Below the pieces are notes generated by a model that was given only the letters and a program-made list of their open reading frames with translations, was not told where the DNA came from and searched no databases. From IMG/VR virus record IMGVR_UViG_3300021180_000005, positions 1 through 64,000 of that record: 64,000 bases of DNA; one strand, written 5' to 3'. Shown here one piece after another: positions 18,076-27,826 of the stretch (the first letter of the stretch is position 1; each line of letters opens with the position of its first letter). Source of the DNA: a virus. Position numbers and translations under genes: made by a program.

Positions 18076-18462
18076 TTACCCATTAGGGTATATTGTTCTG
18101 CTTTTTCTTTTCCACTCTCTGCACAGTTCACACCTACAGTGGTGTCTGTTGTATGTGTTATCGGTACCGTGCTTCTTATTTTGCAGAGGTGTTGAAAAGT
18201 CTTGTTTATTTTGCTCGCTGGTTATTTCTCTGTGACAGGCTTTGCAAAGAACATCACATTTTGCAAGCTCTATATCTCTTCGTTCTATAGACCAACTCCA
18301 TACATCACTCGCTGTCTTAGTTGTACGGTCTCTATAGTGATTTTCTAAGGTATCCTTGGCACCACACCTAAGGCATTCTTTGTCTTTAAACCAAGCTGCG
18401 CGTCGTGCAGCCTTCCATTGTCTTTGATAAGCCAACTGGGCCTCTCTTGTCGCAAAGGGCAT
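18076..18462 (-). CDS. HNH endonuclease directly upstream of the tRNAs
   Basis: CLRCG..LENH...ELAKCDVLCKACH; C-terminal HGT..Y...CRCELC; AGGAGG SD before ATG 18462. Confidence 0.8.
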   Translation of the reverse strand: MPFATREAQLAYQRQWKAARRAAWFKDKECLRCGAKDTLENHYRDRTTKTASDVWSWSIERRDIELAKCDVLCKACHREITSEQNKQDFSTPLQNKKHGTDNTYNRHHCRCELCREWKRKSRTIYPNG

Positions 18463-18478
18463 ACTTCCTCCTACTTTT

Positions 18479-18507
18479 AGGATACCACAAATGGAGGGCA
18501 CTGTCAA
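18479..18507 (-). promoter_or_regulatory. sigma70-type promoter for HNH and tRNAs
   Basis: TTGACA-17 nt-TATCCT with TG extension. Confidence 0.75.
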
Positions 18508-18551
18508 ATCTAACCATTTACTTTTAATATGACGTTGTTTTGACTCTAGAC

Positions 18552-18596
18552 AAAAGAAAGCCCCACGGAAGCAATTAAACGCTCCCAGCGGGGCGG
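18552..18596 (-). terminator. intrinsic terminator
   Basis: imperfect GC-rich stem then TTTCTTTT. Confidence 0.55.
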
Positions 18597-18606
18597 GAAA
18601 CCTACT

Positions 18607-19359
18607 CTACAGCCCTGTGTAGTGACCTACCAAACCCCTAAGTACGGCTCCTATGACTGTCCCTACGATTAAATACCGTCTCTTGCTCTTCCTAGCCTCG
18701 TCCTTGACGACTTTTATCTGTTCTTGGCATACCTTAACATCATCCGTGGCCTTTGCCTTGAGGCCTGCTATGAGCCCGTCTCGGTCAAGTACCTGTTGGC
18801 CCTCAGCAGTTAACAAAGTCTGAGCATTGGTCAGTTCTTCAGTCTTAGCTGTGAGCTGCTGAGAAAGCGCTGGGGCCTTTTCCAGCTCAACTACTGTCGC
18901 GCGAGCACCCTCTGGTGATAGAGTAGCTTGTCCATTGCTAATAGATACGCCTGCTTCTGGGACAAGAACATTCCATCGCTGGATTAATTCTGTGGGTGTC
19001 ATTGCTTTGTCTACAGCTTGCTGTTTTGTGAGCGCCGTTACAAGTTGCGCCTGAAGCTGTGTAAGCTGGGCGTCTCGTGCTTCGATCTTTGCAACTAAGG
19101 CTTGTGTGTCTGCGTCGTGCTGTGCACGCTGTTTATCAAGTGCGTCGTTCTTCTCTTGTTGAAACGCTGCGACTACCTTAGCTTGCTCTAGGTTTGCGTG
19201 GTCATGCTCTGAAATAACATTGGCTATTTTTCCAAAAGAAAACCATGACAAAAGAATTAAAAACACAACAATAAGCAATCTCTCATGTTGTTTTAAATAT
19301 GCACTGACAGGGTGTAAAGAATTAAGCAACTGCGGCGTAGGTGTAGATGTTGTTTCCAT
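18607..19359 (-). CDS. membrane-anchored coiled-coil protein (spanin-like)
   Basis: N-terminal TM, long coiled coil, C-terminal hydrophobic segment. Confidence 0.55.
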   Translation of the reverse strand: METTSTPTPQLLNSLHPVSAYLKQHERLLIVVFLILLSWFSFGKIANVISEHDHANLEQAKVVAAFQQEKNDALDKQRAQHDADTQALVAKIEARDAQLTQLQAQLVTALTKQQAVDKAMTPTELIQRWNVLVPEAGVSISNGQATLSPEGARATVVELEKAPALSQQLTAKTEELTNAQTLLTAEGQQVLDRDGLIAGLKAKATDDVKVCQEQIKVVKDEARKSKRRYLIVGTVIGAVLRGLVGHYTGL

Positions 19360-19855
19360 GTCTGAATCTCCTCAAGGCGTCCGTCATAATAACCCATTCT
19401 TCATAAGTAAACCTGTCGCCTTTGCCGTAGTTACAAGAACGACAGCAAACTACACAGTTTTCTTTAGAATAACCTAAAGAGTTGTCTTTACGATCCAAGT
19501 TATACGGATTTGATTTTCTGTTCAAAGTAAATGCGTTCCATACAACCTCATCGCCACAGTAATGACAGTTCTTGTCCTGTACGAACTGTAAGAACTCTTC
19601 AAAAGAAAGATTCACATCTTTCCCAGAACCATGCGCTACTGTCAAAAATCTCCTATACACAGTTTCGTACGGTCTGTACTTAGACTTTCCTTTGTTGTGT
19701 TTAGTATGACCGCAGCTTTTACTTTGACCTAATGTTAGGGAACGCATAAACACATACCGTTCCACGCCACAACTACATTTACATAGAATTTTTTTCATAG
19801 GAACTTGTAGAACAGGTGCACCTTCCACAAGCTCCCATTGACCAAATACTGCCAT
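19322..19855 (-). CDS. HNH-like homing endonuclease (paralogue of 8105..8692)
   Basis: CKCSCG, CHYCG, LDRKDNSLGYSKENCVVCCRSCN. Confidence 0.88.
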   Translation of the reverse strand: MAVFGQWELVEGAPVLQVPMKKILCKCSCGVERYVFMRSLTLGQSKSCGHTKHNKGKSKYRPYETVYRRFLTVAHGSGKDVNLSFEEFLQFVQDKNCHYCGDEVVWNAFTLNRKSNPYNLDRKDNSLGYSKENCVVCCRSCNYGKGDRFTYEEWVIMTDALRRFRHGNNIYTYAAVA

Positions 19856-19881
19856 GCTGAGTCTCCTATGCTTCAGTATTC

Positions 19882-20295
19882 TTATCTCTGCTTGCGCAAC
19901 TTATCAACGACCACAAAAGCCCACACAAAAGGTGCTGGAGCTAGTGCCCACTCTCCTAGCATTAACATGAAATCCCCAATGCTATAAATACTTCCAAGAT
20001 CATACTCATCCGCTAAGAAATTCAAATGAGTTTTGGAGGTCATCACGCAGTGGACATAGTCTAGCATTATCTTTCCATCGGGAAGGATCATAACGTCACC
20101 TACGATCTTTGTGCCGTCTTCTAAGGTTTCCGTAGTGCCGTGTTCTAGTTTCTCCAGCTTTGCTTGACTAATGCGTACTGGGAACGTGTCTTCGTTAGCA
20201 TTGAGAACTACTTGGTTGGATGCAGCCCCTAGGAAAAACAACAGCAGAGGCACAGCAACAATATAAAGAGAAGTCTTACGTAAAAACTTAAACAT
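19882..20295 (-). CDS. DUF5317-like membrane protein
   Basis: N..V..AN...PV, LNFLAD...SIGD motifs. Confidence 0.6.
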   Translation of the reverse strand: MFKFLRKTSLYIVAVPLLLFFLGAASNQVVLNANEDTFPVRISQAKLEKLEHGTTETLEDGTKIVGDVMILPDGKIMLDYVHCVMTSKTHLNFLADEYDLGSIYSIGDFMLMLGEWALAPAPFVWAFVVVDKLRKQR

Positions 20296-20411
20296 TGTAA
20301 TTTCCTTGAGACCACCCAGTACAAGGCATCATGGTCTCGACGCGGCCCTATTGCTAGGTCCCCTGCTCCGCTTCTATCAAAATAAAGCCACCCGTCTCTG
20401 CATGGGGTGGG

Positions 20412-20447
20412 CTAGGGCAATGATCTTGCGCGTTCTTTCTGTGTCAT
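20412..20447 (-). pseudogene. 11-aa mini-ORF behind pseudoknot leader copy A
   Basis: GGAG SD, MTQKERARSLP*, then hairpin and TTTATTTT. Confidence 0.5.
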
Positions 20448-20523
20448 TGCATCTCCTAACAAGATTGAGCCGGGAGTGTGTTAGGCACTCCTCGGCTCTA
20501 GCCCATGGCCGCTAAACCATGAG
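20448..20523 (-). ncRNA. structured leader copy A (hairpin + pseudoknot over SD)
   Basis: CTCATGGTT-TAGC-GGCCATGGG CTAGAG ...GGAGTG-CCTAACA-CACTCC... TGTTAGG AGA. Confidence 0.75.
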
Positions 20524-21216
20524 ATGTTTATTTACTCCAAACGGAAAACTTACCATTAACTCATCGAAAGCAACTACCGCACCTTCTAAGAATTCCTCTA
20601 AGGTACCGTTGTTCTCTAGTATTAGGGACCAGTCCGTAGAGTCCTGCAATGCAGTTTCACTGATGTGCGTAGCAGGTGGTAATGAATTCCTATCCACTCG
20701 CACAGCCTCTCCGTATTGCTTACAAAACTGCATCTCGTTTTCAAACCTGAGGTCCGAAATAAGTGCTATCTGAGGTTTCTCCAGTTCAATTGTTTGAGCT
20801 AATTGTCGAACCCAATAATCTAGGTCTTGCGCCCTTCTGTACTCCGCTCCCCAGAATTGCAAGAGAGTTCTTTGCTTGCCCAAAGGACACATTGGATCGT
20901 CCATGGGAGCATTAGGATCGTACTGCACCCAGTCTGGAAAATCCATGTAGTATCCTTTGCACAACGCAAAGCGACGGTTGGGCTTAAATAGGTTCTCCAT
21001 GCCGCCTGCTTCTACAGCCGCAGCGTTCACTTCGCGTTTCAATGCATCTGCAAAGGCGTATCTACGGATATCGTAGCGGAATTCATTATCTGTTATTTGT
21101 TGCTTATAATCCGGCAGAGCTATGAGTCCGCGTTGTTTGATAATCTCGGCTACGGCTGTATCTTTACCACTTCTCGCACGATATCCGAAGCCAATCACGA
21201 CTGAGTCAATTGCCAT
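20512..21216 (-). CDS. deoxynucleoside monophosphate kinase
   Basis: GYRARSGKDTA, AFADALK, RTLLQFWG, ISDLRFENE, HISE. Confidence 0.9.
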   Translation of the reverse strand: MAIDSVVIGFGYRARSGKDTAVAEIIKQRGLIALPDYKQQITDNEFRYDIRRYAFADALKREVNAAAVEAGGMENLFKPNRRFALCKGYYMDFPDWVQYDPNAPMDDPMCPLGKQRTLLQFWGAEYRRAQDLDYWVRQLAQTIELEKPQIALISDLRFENEMQFCKQYGEAVRVDRNSLPPATHISETALQDSTDWSLILENNGTLEEFLEGAVVAFDELMVSFPFGVNKHLMV

Positions 21217-21398
21217 TATCGTAATGTAACCTTTCCTAGCTGTTTCAACTTTGCGTTGAGTTCGTATTTCGTTAAGTGAGTCTCCGAGTCCTTGAACAAT
21301 GCTACGCCGGGGACAACCACTTCTCCCAGTCCGTACGTATTAGCTACGTCAGACTGGGTACGGATGATGTATTCTTTTTGTTCGCTCATGCTCTCCAT
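21216..21398 (-). CDS. small hypothetical protein
   Basis: ORF coupled on both sides. Confidence 0.5.
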   Translation of the reverse strand: MESMSEQKEYIIRTQSDVANTYGLGEVVVPGVALFKDSETHLTKYELNAKLKQLGKVTLR

Positions 21399-23041
21399 TT
21401 ACCATTCTTTAATGTGACTATGGCTCTCTGGCCGTTGACGTACAGAACTACGTGGCTCCATGACCAGCTTGAAGGTCCGGTTGTATAATCCCAGCCTTCT
21501 GTCAGCTTGGATGATGTACCAGCTACATAGAGGCCATGATAAATCCCTGTTGCGTGGGTGTGTGCTGTGGTCGCTTTCTTGCCAACTTTGGCAAGGTTTG
21601 ACGGGCTACCGAACGTACCGTTAGGCCCTAGGTGACCGTGGCATGCAAGCTCAACTTCTTTGACTTCGTACGTCTCATCTGGAAGAAGGAATGAAACCTT
21701 ACCCGGCTCCAGTCCGCCTTCGTTCTCCATTACAAACTTCACTAGGTTGACGTTCTTCGCCAATTTACCTGCGCGGAGTTCGCTGTACATGAAGGACTGT
21801 AGTCGTAAAAAGATTTCAGTGTTGGGTGGATCGACGCGATAGTCGTATTCCTGCAACCAGCGCTTTAACCAAGAGCGATCATGGTTAGCGTCTGGGACAA
21901 TCGTGTTGCACCATGGACGAATGTACCTGTCCAGAACAGCTTTTGTTTGTCGAACTTCTTCATCGACTCGGTGCAGACCTCGTAACCACGCTGTGAACTT
22001 CTCGTGGATTGCTTTGTACTTTCGCATATGCGGATTGATGCTTACACCTTCTAACAGATCGTGTATGACCTGATGTTTGGGTTTAAGCTCGTCCAGCATA
22101 CCCATAGCAGAATCCACAACCTCAGGATGTACATTCGTTGCGTGTAAATCTCCCCATGTGATGGCTTCTACTTTTGCATCTGTAGAGATTACCTGACCGT
22201 CTTCTACGATGACGTTCAAGTCTTGTATGTTCTTTCCGTTCTTTCGTGACGCTACCTGCCGTACCCACCAATTACCATCTGCATCGACCTCAACAATGAG
22301 GAATGCATAACGGTGGTGATGTTCAGCTTTAATGCCTAGCTTCTTCTGAAGGTAATTCATAAGAGTGCAAGCACCCGTTGTATAAATCATCTTGACGGGT
22401 GTGTCAGGCATTGTAGCAATAGAGCGCATCTCGATCTTCGTATGAGGGAAGATGATGCTGTCTGACCCACCGTAGGTCTCAAGTCCAGAGATCGGATTGT
22501 CCTCGGTGGGAAGGATATTCATATTTCCGCTCCACTTCAGGCCGGGAGCTAAACGCCTTGGTACGTCCGCTATGTACGGTTGAATTTTAGGATCGTACCA
22601 TAGTTCATTTTCATGTGGCTTCTTGGTCCCGTTCTTGACGGCAAGTTTGCCAAAGTTATTCTGGTTGTAACTAAACGTGCCCACCAGAATCTGAGCACTG
22701 TAATGCTTTGCCATTGCTTCGACGTTCTTCCAGAAATCCTCGTGAACGAACGTGTTATTCTGGGCGGATGTCAGGATGTAGCGTTTGACATCTCCAGAGG
22801 TTGGTAGTGATTCTTTGATTTCGGCTGCACGCTGCTTACCTCCAGCGATGGGTTTTTTAATACCCAGTTTCTGAAGGTGTTCCCACACGGTACTACGTGC
22901 CAATCCCATAGCTCTAGCGATGTCAGGTACTTTACCTGCATACTTAGAGTATAGTTCAGCGATTTTCTTACGTTGTTGCTCTCCGTGTAGTTGATGCTTG
23001 CTGCGGCTAGCTTTCTGTCCCATTGGTTCCTCGTGTGACAT
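21386..23041 (-). CDS. HTH + metallophosphoesterase-like protein
   Basis: IARAMGLARSTV HTH; GDLH, HD, NHD, HGH, HTH motifs. Confidence 0.75.
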   Translation of the reverse strand: MSHEEPMGQKASRSKHQLHGEQQRKKIAELYSKYAGKVPDIARAMGLARSTVWEHLQKLGIKKPIAGGKQRAAEIKESLPTSGDVKRYILTSAQNNTFVHEDFWKNVEAMAKHYSAQILVGTFSYNQNNFGKLAVKNGTKKPHENELWYDPKIQPYIADVPRRLAPGLKWSGNMNILPTEDNPISGLETYGGSDSIIFPHTKIEMRSIATMPDTPVKMIYTTGACTLMNYLQKKLGIKAEHHHRYAFLIVEVDADGNWWVRQVASRKNGKNIQDLNVIVEDGQVISTDAKVEAITWGDLHATNVHPEVVDSAMGMLDELKPKHQVIHDLLEGVSINPHMRKYKAIHEKFTAWLRGLHRVDEEVRQTKAVLDRYIRPWCNTIVPDANHDRSWLKRWLQEYDYRVDPPNTEIFLRLQSFMYSELRAGKLAKNVNLVKFVMENEGGLEPGKVSFLLPDETYEVKEVELACHGHLGPNGTFGSPSNLAKVGKKATTAHTHATGIYHGLYVAGTSSKLTEGWDYTTGPSSWSWSHVVLYVNGQRAIVTLKNGKWRA

Positions 23042-23047
23042 GCCTAA

Positions 23048-23077
23048 AGTATATCACAGGCAGTCTGAATTTGTCAA
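23048..23077 (-). promoter_or_regulatory. sigma70-type promoter, probably leaderless mRNA
   Basis: TTGACA-18 nt-TATACT, 6 nt before ATG 23041. Confidence 0.7.
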
Positions 23078-23081
23078 CCTG

Positions 23082-23432
23082 TTATTTCTTGGCTTTTCTA
23101 CGTCTGCGTAAGGGCTGAGAAGTCAAAGCACGTAAGCATCCTGTTTGATCTGCTAGATCAAGCCGTACACCGTCTAGGGCTGCTACGGTTTTCTCAAGGA
23201 GTTCTATTTGCGTTACCCCTTGGGTTTGCAGCGTTGTTAGACAGTTGGTGCGCTGCTGTACCAACTCGGAGTGGATTTTACTTTGTTCTTCTTTCAATGT
23301 AATCCATTCTTTTCGTGCCTTGCGGAAGGGCCACATAATTACTCCTAGGAGGCCAGCGAAGATGGCCCCTAGCACTGTCTTGAGTGCTAATGGGGCCAGT
23401 TGAGATAATAGAGGGTCAGCTATAAAACGCAT
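23082..23432 (-). CDS. membrane protein (holin-like)
   Basis: AGGAG SD before ATG 23432; one TM then coiled coil. Confidence 0.55.
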   Translation of the reverse strand: MRFIADPLLSQLAPLALKTVLGAIFAGLLGVIMWPFRKARKEWITLKEEQSKIHSELVQQRTNCLTTLQTQGVTQIELLEKTVAALDGVRLDLADQTGCLRALTSQPLRRRRKAKK

Positions 23433-23472
23433 TGCCGTACTCCTGAAATTTAGTTGCGTGGGGAAGGAAGTG

Positions 23473-24855
23473 TTAATGAACAATGCAGACTACATCCGGG
23501 TCTGTTCCGGTTCTATACGTATCGCCTGCTACCAATCCACCTGCTATTGCTGCGGCATTGCTTGTGTAAACTACAAGGGAGTTTAAATTTATATGCGCAA
23601 GAGACAGTTTTCCTGATGTATTTCCAGTGGTTCCGTTTCCTATTGCTAATGAACCCGAAGCTAAGCGAGATATACTTACATCCCCAGAACCTATTGTGTT
23701 TGCCGCAGAAAATCGTATAGCTGCGCTGTTATATAAACTTACCCCAAAAGAAACATCTGTTAAAAAGACTACACCAGACCCCGCCCCTGTCCTTAGGTTT
23801 CCTTGGAATGTTCCTGAGGTATCTGCATACGTACCGTTGCCTACTCCCAATGTGGCCGCGCTAACTCTGTGAATGTTAAGATCGCGTGTCCCAAGGGTAC
23901 CCGGACAGAACCCCATGTCGCCTTGGCCTAGAATAGTAGTGCCAAACGCATAGTCAAATATAGTAGTTGTCGTTCCTTTTATAGCTATGCCTAATTCGTT
24001 GATGGCTGGACGGTATAGACCTAGTCCGGGCTCAGAATTAAAAGAGAATGATGGCGCTGTTTGTCCTTGATCATTTGACAATATACGGGCAACATAAGTG
24101 TATGCGTTTGTAGAAACACCTAAGTAATTATCTCCACCTGCGCAGTATATACCCCAATTGGTAGTTGCTGGGGTACCGGGAAGTTCTATGTATAACTGAG
24201 CATAGTTTGTAACTACTGAAGGACCTGTACCTGCCCCGTTGCCTGTTACTGGGGAACCAATATGCATTGCATATGCGTTGGTTATAGTGCCCACACCTTG
24301 CAAATAAAGCGCTGCGTTAACACCATAAACTGCAAATACAGGACCATGATCTCCAAGTGTACCGGAATTTCCATTTACTGCATATAAAAATTCTGCACTA
24401 CCTGTATTAAGATTGTAGGCTTCTCCTGATATACCAAACAAGTGCAATGCTGCTCCCGTACCATTGTGGTCTCCTTCTCCATGAATGCCACACAATTCAT
24501 TACTAAAAGACTGTGCGCAAGAGGGCAGCACATCTACTAATCCATTTATAGTGAAAACTTCTACCGCCGAGGTAGTAGTAGGATTCAAGAACGTATTAAA
24601 TGAGTACGGCAGGTTAAAAGAATTACGACTATTTCCTGTCGTATTAGTATTAGTATTCTCTGCGTAGATGAACGGTGTTGCTGCCAAGTCGAGATACCCA
24701 GCATTGCTATTGGGCCCTATTTGTACTGAACCAAGAGTTAGCATACCAGAACTATCTCCTACATTTCCGTTACCAATGGCTAAAGATGCTGGGTTTATAC
24801 GAGATATGCTAGAGTCTATCGACCCAAAAGTTACAAAAGGTGTAGATAGTGCCAT
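23473..24855 (-). CDS. tail fiber/spike-like protein
   Basis: Gly/Thr/Asn-rich; repeated ISR..A.LAIGNG; C-terminal NAAAIAGGLVAGDTY. Confidence 0.75.
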   Translation of the reverse strand: MALSTPFVTFGSIDSSISRINPASLAIGNGNVGDSSGMLTLGSVQIGPNSNAGYLDLAATPFIYAENTNTNTTGNSRNSFNLPYSFNTFLNPTTTSAVEVFTINGLVDVLPSCAQSFSNELCGIHGEGDHNGTGAALHLFGISGEAYNLNTGSAEFLYAVNGNSGTLGDHGPVFAVYGVNAALYLQGVGTITNAYAMHIGSPVTGNGAGTGPSVVTNYAQLYIELPGTPATTNWGIYCAGGDNYLGVSTNAYTYVARILSNDQGQTAPSFSFNSEPGLGLYRPAINELGIAIKGTTTTIFDYAFGTTILGQGDMGFCPGTLGTRDLNIHRVSAATLGVGNGTYADTSGTFQGNLRTGAGSGVVFLTDVSFGVSLYNSAAIRFSAANTIGSGDVSISRLASGSLAIGNGTTGNTSGKLSLAHINLNSLVVYTSNAAAIAGGLVAGDTYRTGTDPDVVCIVH

Positions 24856-24856
24856 T

Positions 24857-27256
24857 TTATAGTGCCTCCACTTTTATATGAAGCTCATATACCATTGCTG
24901 TGCCTGAAGATGTATATCCATAGGTAAATTGAATGTTAGTTCCGGTTTTAGCATACACTACCTCGCACCCGCCTACAGCTGTTCCTGTGGTATTTGCTGA
25001 GCTAGTAACGCTGTTTCCGGCTACTGTAGTTTTAACCACGCTATCTGTAGGTGAAGTGTATATTACTTGAAACCCGTTGGTCCCTCCTAATACAGACGTA
25101 GTGCCTGCTGTAGTAATTGTAGCTGACCATGATACTCTATACATACCCGTAGCTGTAGTTGTATATAATGTGGTTGCAGAGATAGCTGCAGATTGCACTG
25201 TAAGATCACTGGTTGCTAGCTCTGAAGGCACCCCGTTGGACACTGTGGAAATTCCGTTGTAAGTTCCTATTAATCCTTGAACTATTAAAGCGGGCACAGA
25301 AACAGAAGCTAGCCCAGAACTTCCAGTGTGAGCAAGCGTCAATGTGCTAGTAGGATTAGCCATTGATGCTAGTACATCTTGTATAGTCCAAGAGTCTATA
25401 GTAGAAACTGCGCCGTTAAAGTATGTACCACTAAGGGTTAAAATAGGAGAAGATTGGTTAGCTGCCGCGCCTGTGGCGGCTTTAAACGAGGCAATTGCCG
25501 TAGCTCCAGACTGCGGAGCTCCAGTATTTGTTGTCCAAGTCGGGTTTATAGAACTGGCACTTGTGTCTACTAAGTAAGCTGCCTGTCCAGCCTCATCCGC
25601 TACATTAAAATCAGAAAGTAGACCAGTAAATGAATCATTTATACTTCCAGTTGTCACTACTGCATTACTTCCCCAGCCTGTGATCGTTACGTCCCCTGTA
25701 GTGCGCGTTACACTTCCGGGTTGAAACGTAGAACCTGTACAAGGTCCACCATTTTCGTTATCAAACACTGAAGAAGTTGTTACAGTATTAGAGAATGCAT
25801 AAACAAACGCTACTGCAAAAGTACCTCCTCCCACTGTAAAAGTATGCCCTGCTCCCACTGTTGGACCAAAGGCATAAGCTATTCTAGTTTTATTAGCATT
25901 ATTTGTAGAGGTACGTGTAGTTAAGTAATTCCATGTATTTCCATTGCTGTCGGATATGGTAGCTACCGCACTGCTGGCTGTAACAACTGCTACCAGTAAA
26001 GTAGCTCCTGTAGTGTTCAAAGTTATGGGATTAGTACCATGAAGACTAGCCACACCGCTAGCTATAAATCCTACAGTCATAGGCGCTGAGGCCGCTGGAG
26101 TAGTGTTTGCCCATGTCCATACTGCTGAGGTTGTTTGATCGAACGTGGTAGTAAACGTAGAATTGGCAAGTGTTAAATTTGCTGCAGCATTCCCTAAAGT
26201 TGACCACGGAACACTAAACCCCGGACCTAGGTCTACTTTTCCTCCAGCTATTTGAAGTGCATAAGCGTTGGATAATGCTCCAGCTGTAGTTTGGTCTGCA
26301 ATAAAAAGTCCGATATGAGGACTTGTAAATGTTCCGCTGGTCAGCGGACTGTCAATATAAATCGTCACATCATTGACGTTTGTCCCGGTCGATCCGTTTC
26401 CTGATTGGGCGTATATTGCTATATTACTCTGAGTAGTGGCTCCGGGTCCGGTGTTGCTAGCGTTAGCTTGTATAGACCAGTTATCAGCTACGTGTCCTCC
26501 TGCTCTGTTTGTGGACTCAACTGCTAATGCTACATTTTTTGTGACTGTAGCTGTGCTCCACAGATTAGAAAAAGCCGATACTGCTGTAGTTTGTAAAAAC
26601 GTTCCAGTTCCAAAGTTATCTACTTGAAAATACCCAGCTACTGGACTTATAACACTTATGTTACCAGAGTATGTAGATGGTATAATAGCTTCGGCAATTA
26701 CTCCATACAAACCTGCATTCACTGCTCCTACTACGCCCACCGATATTCCTACGTTTGACCCACTTGAAGGAGAAGATGTGAAAGTTGCAGGAGCTACGTC
26801 AAAGGCCGAATAAGCCTGAGATGTGCCGGGAAATACTTCGCTATTAGCAATTCCATTTATTAATCCGGGAGTAGAGTTAGCACCTACACCAAGCACTGTA
26901 GGTATATACGTATCTCCTGTAGATTTTACAGTAGCAGCCGATCCGCCAAACACTCCGCTGTTATTGTACTGAATAGCGTTGACAGACCCTGCTGGTACGG
27001 CTGTGGGTACGTAAGCAGAAACATTTGACCCTATAACTTGGAACGTTACATTGGTATTTCCACCGGGAGCTGCTGGGGTAGTATTGTTAAAGTTTGGATT
27101 AGAAATACTTACACTATTTACCTTAACAGAAGACCCTGCACCTATGGCAGTGTCTATCAATATCATGTTATTTGCAAGTACTTCATCCATGCCCCATGTC
27201 GCTAGGCCTAAACTAGGTGTTACTTGTTCATCCCCACCGGGGTATATTAATGACAT
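24857..27256 (-). CDS. tail fiber-like protein
   Basis: 799 aa Thr/Ser/Ala-rich; AIQYNNSGVFGG motif. Confidence 0.75.
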   Translation of the reverse strand: MSLIYPGGDEQVTPSLGLATWGMDEVLANNMILIDTAIGAGSSVKVNSVSISNPNFNNTTPAAPGGNTNVTFQVIGSNVSAYVPTAVPAGSVNAIQYNNSGVFGGSAATVKSTGDTYIPTVLGVGANSTPGLINGIANSEVFPGTSQAYSAFDVAPATFTSSPSSGSNVGISVGVVGAVNAGLYGVIAEAIIPSTYSGNISVISPVAGYFQVDNFGTGTFLQTTAVSAFSNLWSTATVTKNVALAVESTNRAGGHVADNWSIQANASNTGPGATTQSNIAIYAQSGNGSTGTNVNDVTIYIDSPLTSGTFTSPHIGLFIADQTTAGALSNAYALQIAGGKVDLGPGFSVPWSTLGNAAANLTLANSTFTTTFDQTTSAVWTWANTTPAASAPMTVGFIASGVASLHGTNPITLNTTGATLLVAVVTASSAVATISDSNGNTWNYLTTRTSTNNANKTRIAYAFGPTVGAGHTFTVGGGTFAVAFVYAFSNTVTTSSVFDNENGGPCTGSTFQPGSVTRTTGDVTITGWGSNAVVTTGSINDSFTGLLSDFNVADEAGQAAYLVDTSASSINPTWTTNTGAPQSGATAIASFKAATGAAANQSSPILTLSGTYFNGAVSTIDSWTIQDVLASMANPTSTLTLAHTGSSGLASVSVPALIVQGLIGTYNGISTVSNGVPSELATSDLTVQSAAISATTLYTTTATGMYRVSWSATITTAGTTSVLGGTNGFQVIYTSPTDSVVKTTVAGNSVTSSANTTGTAVGGCEVVYAKTGTNIQFTYGYTSSGTAMVYELHIKVEAL

Positions 27257-27266
27257 ATTCTATTCC

Positions 27267-27740
27267 TTATTCTGGTGTTTGGAAAAACCTTTGCAAAGGA
27301 TTGGGCATGATGCGTTCTGTGTCTGCCTTAGGAAGAGCTTGCAGCTCTGCATCGCGCAAGGCTTTAGTAGCCATTTCCTCTGCATGTTCTAGCTCTTCTA
27401 GCTGTCTTTTTACTTCTTCTTTTGCCTTTAAGGCCCTATCTGCTTCTTCTTGCTTACGATTTAGTTCTTGTTCTATGGTTCTTTTTTCTTCAGCTTCTTG
27501 ACGTAAGCGTTCTGTCTCTACTGCGTGTGCGGCTTGGTCCGCTCGTTGTTTTCTTTCCTTAGCTTGTTTCTGTGCTTCACGCGCAGCGGTTTGTCTAGCT
27601 TCTTCTCTGCTCCTAGCTTCAGCTAGGTCTTTCATGGCCTGTTCATGAGCTGCTATGTGTTTTTTCTCTCGCTCTATAGTGATGCTTTCTAAAGCTTCTT
27701 GTACATCTAAAATCGTAGGTGTTTTCTTTGTTTCTTCCAT
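27267..27740 (-). CDS. charged coiled-coil protein
   Basis: E/K/A/R-rich; AGGAG SD before ATG 27740. Confidence 0.7.
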   Translation of the reverse strand: MEETKKTPTILDVQEALESITIEREKKHIAAHEQAMKDLAEARSREEARQTAAREAQKQAKERKQRADQAAHAVETERLRQEAEEKRTIEQELNRKQEEADRALKAKEEVKRQLEELEHAEEMATKALRDAELQALPKADTERIMPNPLQRFFQTPE

Positions 27741-27826
27741 ACTGAGTCTCCTAGTACTTAAAAATCTAGGGAGGCTTTGACTCCCTTTAGCCATGGATTT
27801 CACATGAAGTCGAGAGTAAATCTCGA

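Noticed and set aside
17858-18290. ORFs 17858..18040, 17915..18235, 18093..18290
   Set aside because: They overlap the tRNAs and the HNH gene.
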